A stretch of DNA of 64,000 bases. Source: Anaeromyxobacteraceae bacterium (GTDB taxonomy: Bacteria; Myxococcota; Myxococcia; Myxococcales; Anaeromyxobacteraceae). The notes beneath the pieces were generated by a model. That model worked only from the letters and a program-made list of their open reading frames with translations. It had not been told where the DNA came from and ran no database searches. Both the position numbers and the translations under genes were made by a program. The stretch covers positions 672,001 to 736,000 of the forward strand of contig JAULAX010000017.1 of the NCBI GenBank assembly GCA_032654565.1. The letters run 5' to 3'. Shown here piece by piece: positions 45,695 through 52,957 of this stretch (within the stretch, counting starts at the first letter, position 1; every line of letters starts with the position of its first letter).

Positions 45695-45699
45695 AGCGC

Positions 45700-46153
45700 G
45701 GCCCCGATGTCGCGATGTCGGCCCCGATGTCGGCCCCGATGTCCGGCACCACGGCACCACGCCCCCACGCCCGCCACGCCCGCCACGCATGTCCGGCACC
45801 ATCCCCCCCGGCACCATCCCCAGCGCCCCCCCATGTCCGGCACCGCGCCCCCCCATGTCCGGCACCGCGCCCCGCGGCACCGCGCCCCCCCATGTCCGGC
45901 ACCGCGCCCACGCCCGCCACGCCCGCCACGCATGTCCGGCACCATCCCCCCCGGCACCACGCCCCACCATGTCCGGCACCACACCCCGCACCATGTCCGG
46001 CACCACTCCCCCCCCACCATGTCCGGCACCACACCCCCATGTCCGGCACCACACCCCATGTCCGGCACCACACCCGCCCCATGTCCGGCACCACACCCCA
46101 TGTCCGGCACCACACCCACACCCTGGCACCACACCCCCGCGCCCCACGGCACC
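45700..46153 (+). repeat. Array of 13 exact ATGTCCGGCACC units with C-rich linkers (REP-like)
   Basis: Units start at 45739, 45789, 45833, 45855, 45892, 45932, 45969, 45993, 46019, 46039, 46058, 46081, 46100. Extra GGCACC half-units; three GGCCCCGATGTC units at 45700-45743. Confidence 0.95.
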
Positions 46154-46159
46154 GCGCCA

Positions 46160-46274
46160 CGCGCCCCCCCCGAAAACGAGGAGGGCCGCCCTCGCGGACG
46201 GCCCCCCGGGACTTCAACTCCGCGTGACGGCTACTTCGCGGCCGGGACCTTGCCCTCGACGCCCTTCACCAGGA
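46160..46274. repeat. Direct repeat copy B (115 bp): native BMP gene 3' end plus terminator
   Basis: Partner of 44621-44735. Confidence 0.95.
46172..46207 (-). terminator. Intrinsic terminator of the purine ABC operon
   Basis: 12-bp GC stem, GCGA tetraloop and TCGTTTTC tail, 23 nt after the BMP stop. Confidence 0.8.
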
Positions 46275-47370
46275 AGTTGACGCCGCCGAGCCACTTGTCG
46301 TCGGCGGCCACGCCCTTCTTGAGCCGCTCCTTGCCGGTGTTGTCGACGATGGGCCCCTTGAAGATGTCGAGCGTGCCGGCCTTGAGCCCGGCCTTGGCCT
46401 CATCGACCTTCTTGCGGGTCTCGGCCGGGACCAGCTCGGGGATCTTGACGAAGTCGGTCATCCCCTCCCTGTGGCCCCACTTGGTGTCGCCGGTCTTCCA
46501 GGTCTTGTTGAGCACGTCGTTGAGGGCCTTCTCGTAGTAGACGCCCCACAGCAGCATGCAGGAGCCGAGGTGGGCCTTGGGCGCGAAGGCGCTCATGTCG
46601 CTGTCCCAGCCGAAGGCGTACTTGCCCTGGCGCTCGGCCTCCTGGAGCACCGCGGTGGAGTCGGTGTTCTGCAGCAGCACGTCGGCCTTGCCGTTGATGA
46701 GCGTCTTGGCCGCCTCGGTCTCCTTGGGCGGATCGAACCAGGTGCTGACCCAGACCACCTTGGTCTTGGCCTTGGGGTTCACCGACTGGGCGCCCAGCGT
46801 GAAGGCGTTGATGTTGCGCAGCACCTCGGGGATGGGGAACGAGGCCACGAAGCCCAGGGTGTTGGTCTTGGTCATCTTGCCGGCCACGATGCCGGCCAGG
46901 TAGGCCACCTCGTGGATGCGCGGCTCGTAGACGCGCATGTTCTCGCTCGTCTTGTAGCCGGTGGCGTGCTCGAAGTAGACGTCCGGGAAGTCCTTGGCCA
47001 CCTTGGCCATGGAGTCGCCGAAGCCGAACGAGGTGGCGAAGATCACCTTGTTGCCCTGGGTGGCGAGATCGCGGATGACGCGCTCGGCGTCGGGCCCTTC
47101 CTTGACGCTCTCCACGAAGGAGGTGACCACCTTGTCGCCCAGCTTGGCGACCGCCTCCTTGCGCCCGGCGTCGTGGGCGAAGGTGTAGCCGGCGTCGCCG
47201 ACCGGGCCGACGTAGACGAAGGCGGCCTTGAGCGGGGCCGGCTTGGCCGGCGCCGGGGCGGCCACCGGGGCCGGGGCGGGCGGCGCGGCCGGCTTGCTGC
47301 AGGCGGTGAGCCCGGCGGCCGTGAAGACCGTGGCCAGCGCGAGGAACTTCAGGGAGGAACGAGTGGTCAT
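46231..47370 (-). CDS. BMP-family ABC substrate-binding lipoprotein (purine/nucleoside)
   Basis: Lipobox LTAC; YVGPVGDAGYTFAHD, FATSFGF, FEHATGY, WFDPPKE. Confidence 0.92.
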   Translation of the reverse strand: MTTRSSLKFLALATVFTAAGLTACSKPAAPPAPAPVAAPAPAKPAPLKAAFVYVGPVGDAGYTFAHDAGRKEAVAKLGDKVVTSFVESVKEGPDAERVIRDLATQGNKVIFATSFGFGDSMAKVAKDFPDVYFEHATGYKTSENMRVYEPRIHEVAYLAGIVAGKMTKTNTLGFVASFPIPEVLRNINAFTLGAQSVNPKAKTKVVWVSTWFDPPKETEAAKTLINGKADVLLQNTDSTAVLQEAERQGKYAFGWDSDMSAFAPKAHLGSCMLLWGVYYEKALNDVLNKTWKTGDTKWGHREGMTDFVKIPELVPAETRKKVDEAKAGLKAGTLDIFKGPIVDNTGKERLKKGVAADDKWLGGVNFLVKGVEGKVPAAK

Positions 47371-47432
47371 GGCTGCGATGCTCCTTCTGGTGAACGTGGA
47401 ACAGCCGGTGCAGCGGTCTCTACCCCAAAACG

Positions 47433-48353
47433 TCAGCTTCCGGGGAAGAAGGTCTTGCCCAGCGAGGCCGGCATGTTGAGCCGGATCCAGAGCGGGTTGC
47501 GGGAGATGAGGACCAGGACCACCACCGTGGCCAGGTAGGGCAGCATGCTCATGAACTCGGGCGCCACCTGCACGCCCGCGCCCTGCAGGTAGAGCTGCAG
47601 CATGGTCACACCCCCGAAGAGGTACGCCCCCAGCAGCATCCGCGCAGGCCGCCAGGTGGCGAAGGTGGTGAGCGCCAGCGCGATCCAGCCGCGCCCCGCC
47701 ACCATCCCCTCCACCCAGAGCGGCGTGTAGATCACCGAGAGGTAGGCGCCGGCCACGCCGCAGAGCGCCCCGCCGGTCACCATCGCCGCCAGCCGGATGC
47801 GCCGGACCGGGTAGCCGAGGGCGTGGGCGGCGCCGGGCGACTCGCCGATGGCGCGCAGGATCAGCCCGCCCCGGGTCCGGTAGAGGAACCAGGCCACCGC
47901 GGCGGCCACGGCCACCGCGAAGTAGACCACCGGGTGCTGGCGGAAGAAGGCCACGCCCAGCACCGGCAGGTCGCGCAGCAGCGGCACCCCGGCCACCGGG
48001 GCCTCCTCCAGCTTCTTGCCCACGAAGCCGATGCCGACGAAGGCCGAGAAGCCGGAGCCGAAGAGGCTGACCGCCAGGCCGGTGGCGTACTGGTTGGTGT
48101 TGAGCCAGATCACCAGCCAGCCGGAGATGGCGGCGCCCACCGCCCCGGCCGCCGCCCCGGCCACCAGCGCCAGCAGCTCGCTCCCGGTGGTGAAGCCGGT
48201 GGCGAAGCCGGCCACCGCCGCCACCAGCATCAGCCCCTCGGCGCCGAGGTTGAGCACGCCGGCCCGCTCGTTGATCAGCAGCCCCATGCCGGCCAGCGCC
48301 AGCGGGGTGCCGGCCGCCAGCGTGGCGGCGACCAGGAGCGCCAGGTCGTTCAT
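47433..48353 (-). CDS. ABC transporter permease (nucleoside/purine, CUT2 type)
   Basis: Motifs ERAGVLNLGAEG, GRGWIALAL, MLPYLAT; ATG at 48353 overlaps the upstream stop. Confidence 0.9.
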   Translation of the reverse strand: MNDLALLVAATLAAGTPLALAGMGLLINERAGVLNLGAEGLMLVAAVAGFATGFTTGSELLALVAGAAAGAVGAAISGWLVIWLNTNQYATGLAVSLFGSGFSAFVGIGFVGKKLEEAPVAGVPLLRDLPVLGVAFFRQHPVVYFAVAVAAAVAWFLYRTRGGLILRAIGESPGAAHALGYPVRRIRLAAMVTGGALCGVAGAYLSVIYTPLWVEGMVAGRGWIALALTTFATWRPARMLLGAYLFGGVTMLQLYLQGAGVQVAPEFMSMLPYLATVVVLVLISRNPLWIRLNMPASLGKTFFPGS

Positions 48354-49423
48354 CGCGTGAGGCTCCAGCGCGGCCGGTAGTGGATGAGCGTGTCGCAGGC
48401 CAGCAGCGAGAGCAGCAGCACCCCCTGGAAGACGCCGGAGAGCGCCGAGGGGAGGCCGACCCGCGACTGGGCCAGCTCGCCGCCGATGAGGAACATGGAG
48501 AGCACGCCGCTGCCGAGGATGCAGCCGAGCGGGTGGAGGCGGCCCACGAAGGCGACGATGATGGCGGTGAAGCCGTAGCCGGAGGAGACGTGCGGGGTGA
48601 GCTGGCCCATGGGGCCGGCCACCTCGAAGGCCCCGGCCACGCCGGCCAGCCCGCCCGAGGTGAGCAGCGTGGTCCAGATGGCGGCGCGCGAGGAGAAGCC
48701 GGCGTAGCGGGCCGCCGCCGGCGCCGGGCCGCCCACCTGCAGCTGGATGCCGGCGAAGGTGCGGAAGAGGAAGATCCACATGGCCAGCGCCGCCAGCAGC
48801 GCCACCGCCGACCCCCAGTGCAGCCGCATGCCGCGGATGACCCGGGGGATCTCGGTCTGGCTGGCGAAGCTGACGGTCTGGGGGAAGTTGAAGCCGGCCG
48901 GGTCCTTCCACGGCCCGAAGACCAGCCAGGAGAGGAAGAGGTTGGCCACGTAGACCAGCATCAGGCTGACCAGGATCTCGTTGGCGTTGAAGCGGTCTCG
49001 CAGCAGCGCCACCACCCCGGCCCAGGCGGCGCCGGCCAGCGCCCCGGCCAGGATCACCAGCGGGAAGAAGAGCCAGCGGCTCATCCCCAGCTCGGCGGTG
49101 GTCACCCAGAGCGCCAGCCCGCCGCCGCCGATGGCCCCCATCAGGAACTGCCCCTCGGCGCCGATGTTCCAGACGTTGGAGCGGTAGCAGAGGGCCAGCC
49201 CGAGGGCGATGAGGATGAGCGGCGTCGACTTGAGCGCCAGCTCGGTCAGGGCCCGGGTGCCGTTGAAGGGCTCGAGGAAGAAGACCTGGAGCGCCTGGAG
49301 CGGCTCCTTGCCCAGCGCCGCGAAGAGCACCGCCCCCACCAGGGCGGTGATGGCCAGGGCGATGACCGGCGAGAGGACGCTGAGCGCGGCCGATGGGGTG
49401 GCGCGGGGCTCGAGGCGGATCAC
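48350..49423 (-). CDS. ABC transporter permease (nucleoside/purine)
   Basis: Motifs WNIGAEGQ, NEILVSLML, GYGFTAIIVAFVGRLHP; GTG start overlaps the ATPase stop. Confidence 0.9.
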   Translation of the reverse strand: MIRLEPRATPSAALSVLSPVIALAITALVGAVLFAALGKEPLQALQVFFLEPFNGTRALTELALKSTPLILIALGLALCYRSNVWNIGAEGQFLMGAIGGGGLALWVTTAELGMSRWLFFPLVILAGALAGAAWAGVVALLRDRFNANEILVSLMLVYVANLFLSWLVFGPWKDPAGFNFPQTVSFASQTEIPRVIRGMRLHWGSAVALLAALAMWIFLFRTFAGIQLQVGGPAPAAARYAGFSSRAAIWTTLLTSGGLAGVAGAFEVAGPMGQLTPHVSSGYGFTAIIVAFVGRLHPLGCILGSGVLSMFLIGGELAQSRVGLPSALSGVFQGVLLLSLLACDTLIHYRPRWSLTR

Positions 49424-50961
49424 GGGAACTCCCCGATCGACGAGCCCGGCCCGTCCTCCGGCCCGCGGGGCCAGAGGCCGCTCATCCACTCGCCGACCAG
49501 CTCCACGGTGGCGGCGCTGGTGCCGATGGAGGGCGAGAGCCGCCCCCGGGCCATGACGTGGAGCCGATCGGTCATCTCGAACAGCTCCTCCAGCTCCTCG
49601 GAGACCACCAGCAGCGCCGACCCGGCGTCGCGGAGCGCCAGCAGCTCGGCGCGGATCTGCGCGGCGGCGCCGACGTCGACGCCCCAGGTCGGCTGCGCCA
49701 CCACCAGCACCCGGGGGACCGCGTCGATCTCGCGGCCGACGATGTACTTCTGCAGGTTGCCGCCGGAGAGGCTCCGGGCCACCGCCCCCGGCCCGCCCGA
49801 CTTGACCTTGAAGCGCTCGATGATCGAGGCGGTCTGGTAGCGGAGCGCCTGGCGGTCGATCCAGCCGAGGGCGCGCAGCGACTCGTTGCGCGTCAGCAGC
49901 ATGTTGTGGGCCAGGGAGAGCGACGGCACCGCCCCGCGCCCCAGCCGCTCCTCGGGGATGAAGTGGAGCCCCAGCTTGCGCCGGGCCCCGGTCCGCAGCC
50001 CGCCGATGGGCTGGCCGAAGAGCTCGATGGACTCGCCGGTGGCGCGCGGGTCCTCGCCGGAGATGGCCGCCAGCAGCTGCTGCTGGCCGTTGCCGGAGAC
50101 CCCGGCGATGCCCACCACCTCCCCCTCGCGCAGCTCCAGCGACACCTGGTGCAGGTCGGTGCCGAAGCGGTCGAGCTTCTCCAGCGAGAGGTCCTTGACC
50201 CGCAGCGCCACCTGGCCCGGCGTCACCTCGCGGTGGACCAGCCGGGGCGGCTCGGCGCCGATCATCAGCCGCGAGAGGCTGGCGTTGCTCTCCTGGGTGG
50301 GGTCGCACTGGCCGGAGACCCGGCCGCCGCGCAGCACCGTGCACTGGTGGCAGAGGGCCCGGATCTCGTCGAGCTTGTGGCTGATGTAGAGGATGGAGCA
50401 GCCGGTGGCCGCCAGCTGCCGCAGGGTGACGAAGAGCTTCTCCACCGCCTGCGGCGTCAGCACCGAGGTGGGCTCGTCGAGGATGAGCAGCCGCGGCTCG
50501 GCCAGCAGGGCCCGGACGATCTCGACGCGCTGCCGCTCGCCCACCGAGAGGGTGTGCACCGCCCGCTCCGGCTCCAGCTCCAGGCCGTACTCGGCCGCCT
50601 TGGCGCGGATCCCGGCCACCACCTGGTCCAGCGTCAGCTCCCCGCTCATCCCCAGCCAGACGTTCTCGGCCACGGTGAGGGTGTCGAAGAGCGAGAAGTG
50701 CTGGAACACCATGGCGATGCCCAGCGCCCGGGCCTCCTGGGGGCTGCGGATCTGCACCGGCTGGCCGTTCCAGAGGATGCGGCCGGCGTCGGGGCGGAGG
50801 GCGCCGTAGATGATCTTCACCAGCGTCGACTTGCCGGCCCCGTTCTCGCCGAGGATGGAGTGGATCTCCCCCGGCTGCACGGTGAGCGTCACCCCGTCGT
50901 TGGCCACCACCGACGCGAAGCGCCGGGTGATCTGCTCGAGCTGGAGCCTGGGGACGGTCAC
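49420..50961 (-). CDS. ABC transporter ATP-binding protein (tandem NBD, CUT2)
   Basis: Motifs GENGAGKST, LSVGERQRVEI, ILDEPT, LSGGNLQK, QPTWGVD. Confidence 0.93.
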   Translation of the reverse strand: MTVPRLQLEQITRRFASVVANDGVTLTVQPGEIHSILGENGAGKSTLVKIIYGALRPDAGRILWNGQPVQIRSPQEARALGIAMVFQHFSLFDTLTVAENVWLGMSGELTLDQVVAGIRAKAAEYGLELEPERAVHTLSVGERQRVEIVRALLAEPRLLILDEPTSVLTPQAVEKLFVTLRQLAATGCSILYISHKLDEIRALCHQCTVLRGGRVSGQCDPTQESNASLSRLMIGAEPPRLVHREVTPGQVALRVKDLSLEKLDRFGTDLHQVSLELREGEVVGIAGVSGNGQQQLLAAISGEDPRATGESIELFGQPIGGLRTGARRKLGLHFIPEERLGRGAVPSLSLAHNMLLTRNESLRALGWIDRQALRYQTASIIERFKVKSGGPGAVARSLSGGNLQKYIVGREIDAVPRVLVVAQPTWGVDVGAAAQIRAELLALRDAGSALLVVSEELEELFEMTDRLHVMARGRLSPSIGTSAATVELVGEWMSGLWPRGPEDGPGSSIGEFP

Positions 50962-50986
50962 GCGCGGAGGGCGGGGCGGCCCGGGC

Positions 50987-51167
50987 TAGTGCCCCGCCCC
51001 GGGCATGATGACGTGACGAGAGAGCCGAGACCGAAGCGAGGCTGGCGCCCGAGGAGGGAGCAGCGGAAGCGTAGCAGCGCTACGTTGAGCAGCGGACCGA
51101 CGAGGCCGCCTGCCGCAGCGAGAGGATCGGCTTTCGCAGTAGTCATCATGCCTGGGGCGTGGCACTA
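50987..51167. mobile_element. 181-bp MITE with 26-bp terminal inverted repeats (TA ends, IS630/Tc1-mariner-like)
   Basis: Left TAGTGCCCCGCCCCGGGCATGATGAC vs reverse complement of right TAGTGCCACGCCCCAGGCATGATGAC (24/26); no credible coding capacity. Confidence 0.8.
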
Positions 51168-51707
51168 AGTCCCGCCGCGCTGCTGGCGGATGGGCGAGAC
51201 GAAGGTGTAGTCGATGTCCCAGGGGAAGTAGATCCACTTCTCCTGCCGGAACTCCTTGACGAAGGTGTCGACCAGCGGCCGCCCGGCCGGCTTGGCGTAG
51301 AGGGTGGCGAAGTGGGCCCTGGGGAGCCGCTCGCGGACGGCGCGCGCGGTGCGGCCGGTGTCGACGAGATCGTCGATGAGCAGCCAGCCGGCCCCGTCCC
51401 CCTCCACGCCCTTCAACCAGCGCAGCTCGCCCTGGGTGGTGTCGGCGGCGCCGGTGCTCCCCGGCTCGTAGCTGACCACGCAGACGGTGTCGATGAGCCG
51501 CAGCTCGAGCTCGCGCGCCACCAGCGCCGCCGGCACCAGCCCGCCGCGGGTGATGGCGATGATCCCCTTCCAGTCGTCCAGGGCGTGGAGCACCCGCGAC
51601 AGGTAGCGGGCGTCCCGATGCAGCTCGGGCCAGGAGATGATGATCTCGTCGCGGTACGGGGGGGCCGGGGCGGGGGCGCCGGGGGGAGGCACGGGCTGGT
51701 TCGCCAT
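51165..51707 (-). CDS. gpt: Xanthine-guanine phosphoribosyltransferase
   Basis: Motifs ISWPELHRDAR, AITRGGLVP, LIDDLVDTGRTA, WIYFPWD. Confidence 0.93.
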   Translation of the reverse strand: MANQPVPPPGAPAPAPPYRDEIIISWPELHRDARYLSRVLHALDDWKGIIAITRGGLVPAALVARELELRLIDTVCVVSYEPGSTGAADTTQGELRWLKGVEGDGAGWLLIDDLVDTGRTARAVRERLPRAHFATLYAKPAGRPLVDTFVKEFRQEKWIYFPWDIDYTFVSPIRQQRGGT

Positions 51708-51841
51708 GGAGCGGGAAGACTAAGCGTTCCCGGGGCGGGCCGCGACCAGAACTTCCGGGCCGGAGGCCGGGGGCCCGAAAAGGGAGCGGCGCCACCGGGG
51801 TTGTCCGGTGACGCCGCGGTGTGGCAGGGAGGCCGGGGGCG

Positions 51842-52249
51842 CTAGCCGCGGCGCTTCTCGGCGACCTCCTTCTCCAGCTTCTCGATGGCGGGCGAGACCT
51901 CCTCGTTCTTCTTCTCCCCCTCGTGGCCGCCCAGGTAGGCGGCGCCGGTGGCGTGCGGCGGGGCCACGGTGGCGGCGAAGGCGCCGGCCCGCTCGCGGAA
52001 GCGGCCGGTGACGCTGATGGCCATGGCCTGGCCGAGCAGGGCGAAGCCGACGAAGGGGAGGAACATCAGGAAGGCCAGGCCGACCACCGGGAGGATGAGG
52101 AACAGCAGCGGGAAGGGGACGCTGACGTAGCGGGTGGTGGAGGCGCCGGGCAGCCGGCCGCCGTCCTCGCTGATCACCTCGACCGCGAGCGTGCTGATCG
52201 AGAAGTAGTAGCCGCTGTTCACCTTGGTGTTGCCGTCGAAGGTCTTCAT
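51842..52249 (-). CDS. Small membrane protein of unknown function (paralog B, 135 aa)
   Basis: ATG at 52249 with AGGAG RBS; colinear paralog of 52330-52737. Confidence 0.85.
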   Translation of the reverse strand: MKTFDGNTKVNSGYYFSISTLAVEVISEDGGRLPGASTTRYVSVPFPLLFLILPVVGLAFLMFLPFVGFALLGQAMAISVTGRFRERAGAFAATVAPPHATGAAYLGGHEGEKKNEEVSPAIEKLEKEVAEKRRG

Positions 52250-52329
52250 CGTGTTCTCCTGTTGGGGGTGCTCGAGTGGGTCCTGCTGCGGGAGGCGCCG
52301 GGTGGAGGCCGCGCCGCGGGTGGCTCTGC

Positions 52330-52737
52330 TCAGTTCTTGCGCTTCTCGGCGACTACCTTCTCCAGCTGCTCGACCTCGGGAGAGACCTGCTCGTTCTTCT
52401 TCTCTCCCTCGTGGCCGCCCAGGTAGGCGGCGCCGGTGGCGTGCGGCGGGGCCACGGTGGCCGCCAGGGCGTCGGCGCCCTTGGAGACGTGGCCGGTGAC
52501 CCGCTGGATGACGGCGTAGGCGACCATGAAGATGCCGATGAAGGGGAGGAACATCAGGAAGGCCAGCCCGACCACCGGGATGACCGCGAAGAGGAGCGGG
52601 AACGGGACGCTGACGTACCGGGTGGTGACCGCGCCCGGCAGGGTGCCGCCCTCCTCGCCGATGACCTCGACCGCGAACGAGTTGGTCGAGAGGTAGTAGC
52701 CGCTCTTCACCTTGGAGTTGCCGTTGTAGGTCATCAT
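52330..52737 (-). CDS. Small membrane protein of unknown function (paralog A, 135 aa)
   Basis: SGYY, GG.LPG, hydrophobic hairpin PVVGLAFLMFLPF, charged C-terminal helix. Confidence 0.85.
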   Translation of the reverse strand: MMTYNGNSKVKSGYYLSTNSFAVEVIGEEGGTLPGAVTTRYVSVPFPLLFAVIPVVGLAFLMFLPFIGIFMVAYAVIQRVTGHVSKGADALAATVAPPHATGAAYLGGHEGEKKNEQVSPEVEQLEKVVAEKRKN

Positions 52738-52957
52738 GGTGTTCCCCTTTCGTGAATGGACATTGCCCCTTCCCGGCGTCGCTCACCATTGGGACAGCGC
52801 CCCGGTCGGCCACCTTTGATTCCGGGGATGGGCGTCGGGCGGTCGCCCGAGGCGGCTCGGGCGCTTCACCGACCCCGGGCGGGTCGGATTCGCTTGACCG
52901 CGGCCCGGCGACCGCGTCCACTGTCCGGCGTCGGGACCCCAACCCCCCGGAGCCCCT

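Larger units (their letters stand above)
44736..46159 (-). mobile_element. Putative RAYT/HUH cassette between 115-bp direct repeats
   Basis: Left motif GGTGCCGGACAT, Y1 nuclease gene, sigma54-like promoter, inverted array of the same motif, flanking duplication. Confidence 0.6.

Noticed and set aside
45739..46111. CRISPR array
   Set aside because: The repeat is only 12 bp, linkers are short, low-complexity and recurrent rather than unique spacers, and no cas genes are in the window.
45664..46152. Long N-terminal extension of the RAYT ORF (384 aa) and overlapping repetitive ORFs
   Set aside because: These are translations of the repeat array. The Y1-family-like N-terminus begins at ATG 45663.
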